From Candidatus Bathyarchaeota archaeon (GTDB lineage: Archaea; Thermoproteota; Bathyarchaeia; 40CM-2-53-6; RBG-13-38-9), in contig CAWECG010000003.1 in the NCBI GenBank assembly GCA_963807605.1, positions 1,093,265 through 1,157,264 of the forward strand: a DNA stretch of 64,000 nt, given 5' to 3'. This document shows positions 31,653-41,895 of this stretch, piece after piece; positions within the stretch are counted from its first letter, which is position 1, and each line of letters opens with the position of its first letter. The notes under the pieces were generated by a model. The model had not been told where the DNA came from and searched no databases. It saw only the letters and a list, made by a program, of their open reading frames with translations. The translations under genes and the position numbers were made by a program.

Positions 31653-32761
31653 CCTAAGAGGGAGCTCTTCAACCTCGACTTCTCATGCGTCCGAGATTCC
31701 ACCTTTCTCTTCAACTCCTCGATAGATGGAACAGGAGTCGGGTCGAGGCCCCTCGCCAAAGCAAGGTAGACCGAGACAAAGTCTCCGAGATTGATTGGCA
31801 GGAGAAGTCTGCCGAGCTCTGTCTTTGCTTGCGTCCTCATCTCGTGAATATGTCTGAGCCCAGCCGACATAAGTTGTTCCTTTATCATCTCAATTCTAGA
31901 AGACTCCAAATCACTTTCTCTGCTATCTCTGACTAGTATCACCGGAAATCCTGATGAAGGCTGTCTTGACAGCCACTCTGGTGACCAGCCTTGAATCTCG
32001 TTGTGGCAAGCCTCTGGAACGAGATCAAATTTTGCGGGAATCTTGCTATTCTCATTCAGTTGATCCTTGAATCTTCTTGCCACTGAACTCATTCGTTCAA
32101 GGGAGTAAATGGTTGGGATGGTGTTTACCAATTCCTGAGCCAGCCTCTTGGATTGGTTTAATTGCGAGTTGACCGAAGGCATTAGTCCATTGGCTTGAAC
32201 CCGCAGCTCTTTAGCCGTCTCAATGATCTCGTTGCGGGCATCGCCTAATACATTAAATGTAGTTAGCGCCATGGTTGACGATGAAAGTAGGAGCGGTAGG
32301 GCAGCTCTGGGAGGAAGACCCGCTTTCACTGTTATCAGGGGCAAGTTCAGCTTCCTACAGAGTTCACTCATGAATCCCCCTGAAGTGATCGCCACCACGT
32401 TACATCCTACCTTGATTGAGGCGTCAAGAAGTCTCAATGACTCAGCAGTCTCCCCAGAGTAACTTACACATATTGCAAGTGTCTCTTTGCTCGCGTAAGC
32501 TGGTAACTCAAGGTCTCTGCAAACCTCAACAGGTACGGTCGATTTCCTAGAAAGCCAATTTCTCAGTATATCACCTGCTATTGCTGAGCCTCCGTAACCC
32601 ACAATCAAAACGTTTGATGGAACCTTCCCGAGTTCTCTAGGCTCGACTGCCCAGCCATGCTCCAAACCCTCAATTAGGAGGTCAGGGAAACTTGCTACCA
32701 GTCTTAGCATTCCAGACTTATCGATTGATCCGAGAAGCACAAGATCATCAAGATCCTTCAT
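31649..32761 (-). CDS. Bifunctional phosphoglucose/phosphomannose isomerase
   Basis: GYGGSAIAGD, SYSGET, QLNENSK, PEACHNEI, DPTPV. Confidence 0.9.
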   Translation of the reverse strand: MKDLDDLVLLGSIDKSGMLRLVASFPDLLIEGLEHGWAVEPRELGKVPSNVLIVGYGGSAIAGDILRNWLSRKSTVPVEVCRDLELPAYASKETLAICVSYSGETAESLRLLDASIKVGCNVVAITSGGFMSELCRKLNLPLITVKAGLPPRAALPLLLSSSTMALTTFNVLGDARNEIIETAKELRVQANGLMPSVNSQLNQSKRLAQELVNTIPTIYSLERMSSVARRFKDQLNENSKIPAKFDLVPEACHNEIQGWSPEWLSRQPSSGFPVILVRDSRESDLESSRIEMIKEQLMSAGLRHIHEMRTQAKTELGRLLLPINLGDFVSVYLALARGLDPTPVPSIEELKRKVESRTHEKSRLKSSLLG

Positions 32762-32829
32762 GTTGAATCAAACAGAGATTATTTATTGGAAAACTAGTAA
32801 ACCTTCCTAGACTCGAAGTAGATTCGAAA

Positions 32830-33717
32830 ATGTCAATTCCCTATCCCACCGAAGTTTCCTGTGCGCCGCCAAAGAGAAAGCGAAGCCTTTCGATAGCAAT
32901 TCCAGCATCGCTCGCCGAGGATACTCCGCACCTCAGGGAGAAAACCTACAAGATCGGTCTCATCGGTCGGGCCTCCTCCATATTCCGGGTTGAACGGATC
33001 ATGATTTACTTCGACAAGCCCCAACAAGATCAGGTCAAAGACGCAGAGTTGACAGCCGCCATTCTAAGGTATATGGAGACTCCTCAGTACCTTCGCAAGG
33101 CCCTTGTGAGGATTGAGCCCCAGCTTCGATTTGTAGGTATTCTTCCTCCCCTGCGGTCCCCCCACCATCAGTTGACACGGGATCTCAGAGACGTCAGGAT
33201 CGGCATGTTGCGCCAAGGGGTCGTCGTCGGACGCAGAGATGGATCTTCTATAGTTGATATTGGGCTTGAAAAACCCGCAGTTGTCCATGGAAGTCTTCCC
33301 ACCAATAGAAGGATCACAGTAATGCTTACCAAGATCGATAGCGGGATCGAGGCTGCAAAACTCGACGAGGCTGAGATAAGGATATATTGGGGGTATAATG
33401 TTACTGTCACGAAACTTCCACTTGCAGAGTCGACAAGAAAGTTTGGATTCGACCTGGTCATTTCAACCTCAAGATATGGAAAAAGCATAAACGAGGTATT
33501 TCCCAAGTTGCAATCAGCATGCACAAGATCAAAGGAGATATTGTTGGCGTTCGGTTCACCAGCACAAGGACTAAAGGAGATATTAGCCCAAGAAGGCCTG
33601 GATCTGGATGAGTACGCGGACTTTAATGTAAACATGGTTCCAGACCAAGGTGTAGAGACGATAAGGACTGAGGAGGCCATCTGCAGCTCGTTATCGCTGC
33701 TCAACCTTTTGGGGTGA
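32830..33717 (+). CDS. SPOUT RNA methyltransferase (DUF171)
   Basis: YMETPQYLRK, GILPPL, QGVETIRTEEA; usual position before rpl3. Confidence 0.88.
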   Translation: MSIPYPTEVSCAPPKRKRSLSIAIPASLAEDTPHLREKTYKIGLIGRASSIFRVERIMIYFDKPQQDQVKDAELTAAILRYMETPQYLRKALVRIEPQLRFVGILPPLRSPHHQLTRDLRDVRIGMLRQGVVVGRRDGSSIVDIGLEKPAVVHGSLPTNRRITVMLTKIDSGIEAAKLDEAEIRIYWGYNVTVTKLPLAESTRKFGFDLVISTSRYGKSINEVFPKLQSACTRSKEILLAFGSPAQGLKEILAQEGLDLDEYADFNVNMVPDQGVETIRTEEAICSSLSLLNLLG

Positions 33718-33723
33718 TTTCTA

Positions 33724-34731
33724 TTGGGTAGAAGAAAGGTAAGCGCTCCAAGACGTGGCTCTCTAGCCTACCTTCCCAGAGGCCGCGCGGCCAGCTGGAT
33801 CGGAAGAATAAGACACTGGCCTGAGGTTGCGGGTGACCCCCGACCATTGGCCTTTCCCGGCTACAAGGCAGGGATGACTCATCTTGTTGCTCTTGATCAA
33901 CAACAAGGTTCGCTGACGTTTGGAAAAGAGGTGTCGGTCCCAGTCACTGTGCTGGAGACTCCCCCTCTGGGCGTTTGCGGTCTGAGAATATATGGAATGG
34001 AGGGTGGCGAACTGCGTACACTTGGGGAGGTTTGGACAACAGATACTCCCAAGGAGCTTGAGAGACTACTAACAATAACTAAGAAACCCAGCAATCAGGA
34101 ATCTCTCCAAAAAGTCGAGAGTCTTCTTGATAAGTCTTCTGAGGTTAGAGTCATCGTGGCGACTCAGCCGAAACTGACAAGTGTGGGCCGAAAGACGCCC
34201 AGCCTAATAGAGATCAAGATTGGAGGAGGAAACGTAAAGGAAAAACTAGAGTATGGAAAAAAGATACTCGGTAAAGAGCTAAGACCATCAGATGTCTTTA
34301 AGGAAGGAAACTTTGTCGACGTGATAGCCATCACAAAAGGCAAGGGAATACAAGGACCTGTCAAGAGGTGGGGCGTAAGCATACTCCCGCACAAGTCTAG
34401 GAAGACAAAAAGAGGCGTGGGGTCGATAGGCGGATGGACACCCAACGCAGTCATGTACTCCGTTCCCAGAGCTGGTCAGATGGGTTTCTGCCAGAGAACT
34501 GAATTCAACAAGCAAATACTGAGGGTTGGCGAAGATGGGAAAGAGACAACTCCAAGCGGCGGTTTCCCAAATTACGGAAATATCAAAGGGCAATACGTCA
34601 TCTTGAGGGGAAGCACCCCTGGGACTGTGAAGCGACTGGTCATGATGCGATCGCCGGCAAGGGCTAGGAAGCCTACTGAAGAGGTCCCGAAGATAGAGTA
34701 TCTCAGCCTTGAGTCGAAGCAGGGAGACTGA
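33724..34731 (+). CDS. rpl3: 50S ribosomal protein uL3
   Basis: PRRGSL, GYKAGMTH, TKGKGIQGPVKRWG. Confidence 0.96.
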   Translation: MGRRKVSAPRRGSLAYLPRGRAASWIGRIRHWPEVAGDPRPLAFPGYKAGMTHLVALDQQQGSLTFGKEVSVPVTVLETPPLGVCGLRIYGMEGGELRTLGEVWTTDTPKELERLLTITKKPSNQESLQKVESLLDKSSEVRVIVATQPKLTSVGRKTPSLIEIKIGGGNVKEKLEYGKKILGKELRPSDVFKEGNFVDVIAITKGKGIQGPVKRWGVSILPHKSRKTKRGVGSIGGWTPNAVMYSVPRAGQMGFCQRTEFNKQILRVGEDGKETTPSGGFPNYGNIKGQYVILRGSTPGTVKRLVMMRSPARARKPTEEVPKIEYLSLESKQGD

Positions 34732-34739
34732 TTATCACC

Positions 34740-35537
34740 ATGTCAACTACGACAATTGATGTTTACGATTTGGACGGAACCCCAAAGAGCAAGATACCCC
34801 TCCCAAAGATCTTCGAGACCCAACTCAGGCCGGATATCATAAAGAAAAGCGTCGTTGCACTCCAGACACACAGGCTTCAGCCTCAGGGCAGAGATCCAAT
34901 GGCTGGAAAAAGGACAACAGCCAAATCCTTCGGTGTAGGAAGAGACCTGTCAAGGGTTCCCAGGGTAAAGGGTGAACGCCATCCTAAGGCGGGTAGTGCA
35001 GCCTTCGCACCGAGCACAGTAGGTGGCCGCCTCACACATCCACCAAGAGCACAGAAGAGAATCTGGAAGAGGTTGAATAAGAAAGAAGCATCTCTAGCAC
35101 TCGCCTCAGCCGTGGCAGCAACAGCAAGCAAAGAGGTCGTTGGCAAAAGAGGGCACAGGGTCGACCAAGTTCCATCACTTCCTCTGATTGTCGGCGACAG
35201 CCTGGAGACCGTCTCGGAGGCCAAAACAGCCAAGGAGGTCCTAGTGAAGCTTGGCCTTTGGCATGATGTAGAGAGAGTCCAAGACAGCGCCAAAAGGAGA
35301 TCTGGAAGAGCACGCTTAAGAGGAAGGGGTCGTAAAACGGCTAAGGGGCCGCTTATAGTCTGCGTGCAGGATAAGGGTATCTTCAATGCCTTCAGGAACA
35401 TTCCAGGTGTTGACGCGGTAAGAGCCTCAGACCTTAATGTTGAGCAATTAGCTCCTGGAACGCATCCTGGAAGACTAACCGTCTGGACCGAATCTGCGGT
35501 CAAAACAATCAATGGTAGATTGACAGGAGGAACTTGA
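34740..35537 (+). CDS. rpl4: 50S ribosomal protein uL4
   Basis: QGRDPMAGKRT, LAPGTHPGRLTVWT. Confidence 0.96.
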   Translation: MSTTTIDVYDLDGTPKSKIPLPKIFETQLRPDIIKKSVVALQTHRLQPQGRDPMAGKRTTAKSFGVGRDLSRVPRVKGERHPKAGSAAFAPSTVGGRLTHPPRAQKRIWKRLNKKEASLALASAVAATASKEVVGKRGHRVDQVPSLPLIVGDSLETVSEAKTAKEVLVKLGLWHDVERVQDSAKRRSGRARLRGRGRKTAKGPLIVCVQDKGIFNAFRNIPGVDAVRASDLNVEQLAPGTHPGRLTVWTESAVKTINGRLTGGT

Positions 35538-35541
35538 CAAG

Positions 35542-35811
35542 ATGGGCAAGGTCAAGACTCATGAAGTGATTCGTTACCCACTCATTTCAGAGGATTCAGT
35601 AACCCTCATCGAGAGGGAGAATAAGATCACTTTCATTGTGAACCTCGAGGCCGGCAAGAATGATATCGAAAGAGCTGTGAGAGAACTCTATGAGGCTGAT
35701 GTCGAGTCAATCAATACCCTAGTAACCCCAGAGGGTAGAAAAAAGGCGTTCGTCAAGTTCAAGCCTGAATTCAAGGCTGCAGACTTGGCGGTTAGGCTGG
35801 GAATCCTATAG
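35542..35811 (+). CDS. rpl23: 50S ribosomal protein uL23
   Basis: ENKITFIV, GRKKAFVK. Confidence 0.95.
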   Translation: MGKVKTHEVIRYPLISEDSVTLIERENKITFIVNLEAGKNDIERAVRELYEADVESINTLVTPEGRKKAFVKFKPEFKAADLAVRLGIL

Positions 35812-35827
35812 AAGGATGTGAAATCAT

Positions 35828-36583
35828 TTGGGAAAGAGGATACTGGTCAGAAGGAGAGGGCGCGGGGGAATATTCCAGGCTCCCACTCATAGAAGGATAG
35901 CCGAGATCTCCTACCCCACGCTCGATGAAGGAGGGACAATGAAGTCGATGAGCGCTGTCGTCACCAAGCTTGTACACGACCCCGGAAGAGGGGCGCCCTT
36001 GGCTCTGATGACTCTTGAAAACGGTAAAGAGTTCTATATTTCTGCTCCCGAAGGTCTTAGCCTAAGTCAAACGGTCTCGATCGGCGAGTCTCCAGTCGTT
36101 ATAGGAAACGTACTGCCACTTGGGAAGATCCCTGAAGGAACGACAATCTGTAACGTAGAGTGCAGGCCAGGTGACGGTGCAAAGATCGCAAGGTCATCGG
36201 GGGCCTACGTGATGCTGGTAGCCCATACCCCAAGAGGCACAGAGGTCAAGCTCCCATCAATGAGATCCGTATACTTGAACGACAACTGCAGGGCAATGAT
36301 TGGAGTCGTCGCTGGAGGTGGCAGAACAGACAAACCATTCCTCAAAGCAGGTACGAGGTGGAAGCTCATGCGGATAAGGGGCAGAAGATGGCCTAAGGTG
36401 AAAGGGACCTCGATGATCTCAGCGTCCCACCCCCACGGCGGAGGAAGACACAGACATGAAGGGAAACCCACCACAGTCTCAAGAAATACACCGCCTGGAA
36501 GGAAGGTTGGGCTGATAGCTGCAAGACAGACCGGCAGAGCAACCAAGACACGAGCAAGTGCCAGATCCCAAGAGAGACACTAA
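35828..36583 (+). CDS. rpl2: 50S ribosomal protein uL2
   Basis: HDPGRGAPLA, HPHGGG, PPGRKVGLIAARQTG. Confidence 0.96.
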   Translation: MGKRILVRRRGRGGIFQAPTHRRIAEISYPTLDEGGTMKSMSAVVTKLVHDPGRGAPLALMTLENGKEFYISAPEGLSLSQTVSIGESPVVIGNVLPLGKIPEGTTICNVECRPGDGAKIARSSGAYVMLVAHTPRGTEVKLPSMRSVYLNDNCRAMIGVVAGGGRTDKPFLKAGTRWKLMRIRGRRWPKVKGTSMISASHPHGGGRHRHEGKPTTVSRNTPPGRKVGLIAARQTGRATKTRASARSQERH

Positions 36584-36646
36584 TCGGATAAGCGACCACA
36601 GGTAGACTTAACTAGACCGCCAAAACAACAGGATGATTTGAGAAAC

Positions 36647-37048
36647 ATGCCAAAAGAATTCATTTACAGGGGTCACAACATACAACAACTTCGAGAGATG
36701 TCGATGGATGAGTTCATCAAGATACTGCCATCAAGGCAGAGGCGTTCCCTTCAAAGAGGGCTCACACCCTCACAGAGACGACTGCTCGAAGAGATAAAAG
36801 AGTTCAAGCGTGGAACTCGATCTGAGGCAGATGTCCTGAAGACTCACACGAGAGACATGATCATCCTTCCGGATATGGTTGGGCTCAGGATCTTGGTCCA
36901 CAACGGAAAGGAGTTCTCTTCAGTAGACATAACACCAGAGATGATCGGTCATTATCTGGGAGAGTTTGCGATAACAAACAAGAAGGTTAGCCACGGCACC
37001 CCAGGTATAGGCGCTTCAAGATCAAGCATGTACGTCCCATTAAAGTGA
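36647..37048 (+). CDS. rps19: 30S ribosomal protein uS19
   Basis: [26 protein letters not shown]. Confidence 0.96.
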   Translation: MPKEFIYRGHNIQQLREMSMDEFIKILPSRQRRSLQRGLTPSQRRLLEEIKEFKRGTRSEADVLKTHTRDMIILPDMVGLRILVHNGKEFSSVDITPEMIGHYLGEFAITNKKVSHGTPGIGASRSSMYVPLK

Positions 37049-37148
37049 GTGTCGAATTAGGTCAACAACTGTTCCTCTATCTGACTCCAGTAATCGACTT
37101 GCTTAATTCTTAGAACACTTCCGGCACTCCAGCATCAAGCGAGATTCT

Positions 37149-37427
37149 TCACTGAGAATCTTCTTGACGCGATTCTTTGTTCATGATCCTACTTGCCGTT
37201 TTGTGAACAAAAAGAGCAGTTAATAGTGCAGCTATGAGAGGAACGTAAATGGTCACCTCGTTGGGACCCTCTGACTTCACCATGGTAATCTCAGTTCTCA
37301 ACGTCTTTGCAGACTGCATCGCAGCAGGTGCAGCGCTTGGGGGGGATTCCTTAAGGTTTACTGTGAATGAGACGACTGTTAGGGCAACTACTATTCAGAG
37401 GAAGACCGGAAAGAACTTAGGCCCCAA
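37149..37427 (-). pseudogene. Two-TM membrane protein with in-frame TGA at codon 11
   Basis: MGPKFFPVFL*IVVALTVVSF...YVPLIAALLTALFV...EDSQ*; TGA at 37395-37397. Confidence 0.5.
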
Positions 37428-37493
37428 TTTGTCTCAGTCCTTGTAGATCTTATCTCAGACTTAACTGTTGATCTTCGCAGAAATGTCCAGTGA

Positions 37494-37941
37494 TTAGAAC
37501 AGTCTCTCTCGCCATGCTCGAACAGCCTCATATGTGGTTGCAGCCACAGCACAGGCAGTCAGGACCACGGCTATTGTGTCCAGCCCAAAGCCTAGAATCC
37601 AAGACTCAGCCAAGTACGAGATCAGGGCTGTCCAGAAGAAAGCTGCATAGAAGATATCTTGGAAGAATTAGTTTTCCAAAGCGTACGAATTGGCGCAAAG
37701 TGCCGACTTTGATCTCTTCTACCACGGCATACTGGCCGTAGGAGTTTTTCTCAACCAGTCCCAGTCTCCTGAGCTTTTCCAAATGGTAGAGTGCAGTGCT
37801 AGGACTTGACAGCTTGAGTGTCCGCTGGGCTTCGCGCACCCCCGTGGGTTGGTTCCTGCTGAAGAGTGCCCAGTAGGTTCTGAGAGTCGTTCCACGAAGC
37901 TCAGACTCCAATCTCTTTCGATCAAGTTCGAAATTGTCCAA
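37494..37941 (-). pseudogene. wHTH regulator with C-terminal TM pair, frameshifted near 37651
   Basis: GVREAQRTLKLSSPSTALYHLEKL; after LPRYL the hydrophobic continuation YAAFFWTALISYLAESW...YEAVRAWRERLF* is in another frame. Confidence 0.7.
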
Positions 37942-38055
37942 CAGTCTCTCTAAGGAAGCCTATGCAATATCCAAGTCCACTTATGCCTTTCTAGACGGGC
38001 ACAAGACTTTTTAGATGCCCAGCTCTTTACGTTCGAGCGCCTCGGTGAGACGGCT

Positions 38056-38517
38056 ATGCCAATATGGGGATACTCTGTTAGGGATCTTGATCCGGAAAGG
38101 ACCGTAAAGTGTGCCGGTCGAGAGATAAAAATTTCTCCAAAGGCTGCAACCGAGATCTGTAAGACAATAAGAGGTATGAAGCTAACTGAAGCAAAGAAGC
38201 TTCTTGAGGATGTTGCAGAGAAGAAGAGGTCCGTACCTTACAAGCACTACCGTAAAGAAGTCCCTCATAAGGGGCACCAGGGATTCGACGCAGGACGTTA
38301 TCCTGTGAAGGCAGCCAATAGGATACACCGATTGCTTGAGGAGCTTGAGGCTAACGCTGAGTACAGAGGGCTTGATGTCGACAAAGTGAAGATACTGCAT
38401 GCGGCGTGCCATAGAGGTATGAAGGTTAAGAAGTACATCCCCAGGGCATTTGGTAGGGCATCACCATACTACAACACAATGGCACATGTCGAACTTGTCG
38501 GTTTCGAGGCAGAGTAG
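38056..38517 (+). CDS. rpl22: 50S ribosomal protein uL22
   Basis: ISPKAA, GRYPVKAA, PRAFGRA. Confidence 0.96.
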   Translation: MPIWGYSVRDLDPERTVKCAGREIKISPKAATEICKTIRGMKLTEAKKLLEDVAEKKRSVPYKHYRKEVPHKGHQGFDAGRYPVKAANRIHRLLEELEANAEYRGLDVDKVKILHAACHRGMKVKKYIPRAFGRASPYYNTMAHVELVGFEAE

Positions 38518-38611
38518 AATAGCGCGCGCTAGCCGCAGTTCTGTCTGGATGGAATAGTTGCATTAGCCGTTGATCGGCGTTTAAACTTCTCAATACGTCT
38601 TCCTAATTCTA

Positions 38612-38788
38612 GGAAGTTTAAATATGAGTTGAAGGTATGTTGCTAGGCTTACATAGGTAAGAGTGAAGTCAGCTCACTTCATCACGAATAGTACTTACGG
38701 TGGAGTCAAGTTGGGTATCGAAAATTTCGATCAGATTTCATGGCTTGTGTCTTACGCTAGTCTATCCACTACTAAATGATGACTGACT
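38612..38788 (+). promoter_or_regulatory. Internal promoter and long structured leader before rps3
   Basis: GGAAG-TTTAAATA at 38612-38624; hairpins GTGAAGT/ACTTCAT and ATCGAAA/TTTCGAT. Confidence 0.45.
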
Positions 38789-39487
38789 ATGTCCGTCTAC
38801 AAGTACTTTATCAAGGATGCATCCAAAAAGAGTCAGATTGACGAGTTTCTCAACCGAGAATTGAGGAAAGCTGGTTACAGCAAAGTAGAGATTACCAAGA
38901 CCCCTATGGGCGCTAGGGTTGTAATCTTCGCAGCCAAACCGGGCATGGTCATAGGCAGAAGAGGCCAAAGCGTCAGGGATCTCACCAAGACATTAGAAGA
39001 AAGGTTCAGCTTGGAGAGCCCCCAGATCTCCATAGCGTCGGTGGAGCTTCCCGAGCTCGATGCGAAGATAATGGCGACACAGATAGCCATGGCTCTTGAG
39101 AGGGGTGTACATTTTAGAAGGGCAGCATATTGGGCGATGGGAAGGATTATGGACGCTGGCGCCTTGGGTGTTGAAGTTATAATAAGCGGCAAACTGACGA
39201 CTCAACGTGCCAGGACTGAGAAGTACCGCCAAGGTTATTTGTTGAAGGCTGGCGACCAGGTCACCAAGCAAGTCTTGGCTGCGATAGCCCACAGCCAGCT
39301 GAAACAAGGAATATTCGGCGTCAAGGTCGCTATTTTGCCTCCGAATTTTGAATTTCTTGACAAGCCCACCTTCAAAGTGATTGCACCTGAACCTACTGCT
39401 GAAGCACCGGAGATCATCGAGGAGAAAAACGAAGAGGTTTCCGAAAAGGAAGAGGAGAAGGAAGTTGCCGATTCTGCGCAAGCGTGA
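38789..39487 (+). CDS. rps3: 30S ribosomal protein uS3
   Basis: KPGMVIGRRG, LERGVHFRRAAY, ISGKL. Confidence 0.96.
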   Translation: MSVYKYFIKDASKKSQIDEFLNRELRKAGYSKVEITKTPMGARVVIFAAKPGMVIGRRGQSVRDLTKTLEERFSLESPQISIASVELPELDAKIMATQIAMALERGVHFRRAAYWAMGRIMDAGALGVEVIISGKLTTQRARTEKYRQGYLLKAGDQVTKQVLAAIAHSQLKQGIFGVKVAILPPNFEFLDKPTFKVIAPEPTAEAPEIIEEKNEEVSEKEEEKEVADSAQA

Positions 39488-39680
39488 ACTTAGACAGATG
39501 CTTCCAGACGAACGTGACAAAAGGCTTACAGAGTTGAGAACGGAACTTGTGCGTCTCAGAACGATGGTTGCGTCAGGGGGCACTATTGAGAATCCAGGGA
39601 GGATAAAAGAGCTTCGGAGAACAATCGCAAAACTTCTAACCATTGAAATCCAACAGAAGAAAGAGGGAAGCACCAAATGA
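39465..39680 (+). CDS. rpl29: 50S ribosomal protein uL29
   Basis: TTG start, PILRKRELR...NPGRIKELRRTIAKLLT. Confidence 0.93.
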   Translation: MPILRKRELRQMLPDERDKRLTELRTELVRLRTMVASGGTIENPGRIKELRRTIAKLLTIEIQQKKEGSTK

Positions 39681-39961
39681 CCCGGATCGCATATTTCAAT
39701 GTAGCCAGACATGAACTGATAGGCCTTGATGCGCGAGTCTCAAAGAGCTTCAACAGACAACTCGTCGGATTAAGAGGAAGAATAATTGATGAGACTCGAA
39801 ACACGTTGGTACTGGAAAGGGAGGCCAGAGAGGTCACAATCCCTAAGGATATAGTCCATCTTCGCCTCCGACTTCCGAAAGGTGAGACGATTGAGCTCGA
39901 TGGAAGAACGATAGTTTCTAGACCTGAGGATAGAACTAAGATGAGGGTGAGAAGATGGTGA
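39677..39961 (+). CDS. rnp1: RNase P protein component 1 (Rpp29/POP4)
   Basis: HELIGL, GRIIDETRNTL, RPEDR. Confidence 0.93.
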   Translation: MTRIAYFNVARHELIGLDARVSKSFNRQLVGLRGRIIDETRNTLVLEREAREVTIPKDIVHLRLRLPKGETIELDGRTIVSRPEDRTKMRVRRW

Positions 39962-40290
39962 TGCGCAACGTAGGTCTGAAAGTCAAGGGACCCCGTAAGA
40001 GTTGTGATGATAAACTATGCCCATTCCATGGAGAGCTGGGAGTTCGCAGAAGAACTTTAACTGGAACTGTTGCGAGCATCAAGATGAATCGGACAGTGAC
40101 CATTGAGCGAGATTACCTGCAATACGACCCAAAGTATCTGAGGTATGAGAGGAGACGGAGCCGGATAATGGCTCACAGCCCCCCTTGCCTTGAAGTGATT
40201 GAAGGTGACAAAGTCACCATCGCAGAATGCAGACCGCTAAGCAAAGAAGTCTCTTTCGTCATTGTCGAAAAGCTAACTGCTACAGAGTGA
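39955..40290 (+). CDS. rps17: 30S ribosomal protein uS17
   Basis: CDDKLCPFHG, ECRPLSK. Confidence 0.95.
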   Translation: MVMRNVGLKVKGPRKSCDDKLCPFHGELGVRRRTLTGTVASIKMNRTVTIERDYLQYDPKYLRYERRRSRIMAHSPPCLEVIEGDKVTIAECRPLSKEVSFVIVEKLTATE

Positions 40291-40301
40291 AGTGAAATCC
40301 T

Positions 40302-40739
40302 ATGCCCGCACCCAAGACCAGAGCTGTAAGCGCCAGAGGGGTAATCGAATACAGGCCTCGAATATCGAGAGGTCTCCCGACCGGAAGCGCGCTAATCTGT
40401 GCAGACAACACCGGAGCTAAGAGGCTAAAATTGATAAACGTAGTTGGTTACAAAGGTCGGCTCAGAAGATATCCCACCGCCTGCATCGGAGATATGGTCA
40501 TAGTCTCGGTATCAAAAGGCAAACCTGAACTCAAACGCCAAATGTTTCCAGCAGTAGTCATAAGACAGAGGAGACTGTTCAAAAGACCGGACGGCGTACG
40601 AGTCCAATTTGAAGACAACGCAGCAGTCATAATGACTCCTGAAGGCGAGCTCAAGGGAACTGAGATACGCGGTCCAGTAGCAAAGGAGGCTGCTGAGAGG
40701 TGGCCTCGCGTAGCGAATCTCGCCAGCATGGTTTTTTGA
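40302..40739 (+). CDS. rpl14: 50S ribosomal protein uL14
   Basis: ADNTGAK, FEDNAAV, GPVAKEAAERWP. Confidence 0.96.
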   Translation: MPAPKTRAVSARGVIEYRPRISRGLPTGSALICADNTGAKRLKLINVVGYKGRLRRYPTACIGDMVIVSVSKGKPELKRQMFPAVVIRQRRLFKRPDGVRVQFEDNAAVIMTPEGELKGTEIRGPVAKEAAERWPRVANLASMVF

Positions 40740-40749
40740 GGTTTCAGAC

Positions 40750-41139
40750 TTGACCGCGAAACCAGGAAGGCAGAGAAGATTGATCGCCTCAGCAACCGCA
40801 AAAGAGAGACAGCGAATGATGGGATGTAACCTTTCAGAAGAACTGAGGGAGCGATATCAAGCTAGATCTCTACGGCTTAGAAAGGGCGACACGGTGAAGA
40901 TTCTAAGAGGAGACTTCGCCGGGATCGAAGGGAAAGTAGTTGAGACAGACCTCCGACACCAACGAGTTATAGTCGAAGGCGTTACAAGAGAGAAAGTCTC
41001 CGGAGAACAGAAGAGAGTACCAGTGCATGTTTCAAAAGTCGCGGTGACAGGCTTAGATATGGGCGATAAATGGCGATCAGAGAGACTTGAAAGAAAGCCG
41101 GAAGAGCCAAAATCAGAGAAGTCGGAGGAGACTGCGTAA
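40750..41139 (+). CDS. rpl24: 50S ribosomal protein uL24
   Basis: LRKGDTVKILRGDF KOW motif. Confidence 0.95.
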   Translation: MTAKPGRQRRLIASATAKERQRMMGCNLSEELRERYQARSLRLRKGDTVKILRGDFAGIEGKVVETDLRHQRVIVEGVTREKVSGEQKRVPVHVSKVAVTGLDMGDKWRSERLERKPEEPKSEKSEETA

Positions 41140-41141
41140 CA

Positions 41142-41888
41142 ATGGGCAAGAAGGGTGGATCAAGACACATGAAGAGATTATCCGCACCTACCTTCTGGCC
41201 TATACGTGTCAAGCAGTTCAAGTGGACGACAAAACCAAAGCCTGGTCCTCATCCCATGACACGAGCGATTCCATTATCGGTCGTCCTCAGGGATGTCCTT
41301 CACCACGCAAAGACAAAGAAGGAAGCCAAGATGACCTTAGCAAGAGGAGGAGTGAAGGTTGATGGCAGGATTAGGAGGGACGACAAGTATCCAGTAGGAC
41401 TGATGGACGTCGTGGAGATTCCCGACGCCAAATCATTCTATAGGATGGTCCCCTTCCCGGCGAAGGGATTATCCTTACTCAAGATAACTAAAGATGAGGG
41501 CGGATTCAAACTCTGCCTCATCGATGACAAGATCCCTCTTAGTGGCGGGAGGACACAGCTCAACTTTAGCGACGGCCGGAATATCGCCCTTAGCCAAACT
41601 GGTGCCCCAATGGGTGACTCTTACGCGACAAGAGACACAATCCAACTTGGAATACCCAGCCAGAAAGTCCTTGGCCACATAAAATTTGCAGAAGGAAAGT
41701 ACGGCCTCGTTGTTGCCGGAAGGAACATCGGCAGACATGGAAAAATAGTAGAGATAGAGAAAGCCAAGACCTCAAATCTTGCTAAAGTAACAATTCAAGA
41801 CGTTCAAGGTCAGACCTTCCGAACAGTAGCCAACTACGTCTACGCAGTCGGTGACGATAAACCTACAATCAAGTTACCTGAGGAATAG
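41142..41888 (+). CDS. rps4e: 30S ribosomal protein eS4
   Basis: HMKRLSAP, PGPH, YPVGLMDV. Confidence 0.96.
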   Translation: MGKKGGSRHMKRLSAPTFWPIRVKQFKWTTKPKPGPHPMTRAIPLSVVLRDVLHHAKTKKEAKMTLARGGVKVDGRIRRDDKYPVGLMDVVEIPDAKSFYRMVPFPAKGLSLLKITKDEGGFKLCLIDDKIPLSGGRTQLNFSDGRNIALSQTGAPMGDSYATRDTIQLGIPSQKVLGHIKFAEGKYGLVVAGRNIGRHGKIVEIEKAKTSNLAKVTIQDVQGQTFRTVANYVYAVGDDKPTIKLPEE

Positions 41889-41895
41889 ATGAAGA

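Noticed and set aside
37395-37397. Selenocysteine readthrough of the in-frame TGA
   Set aside because: It falls in a hydrophobic TM segment with no redox motif, and the neighbouring gene is also broken.
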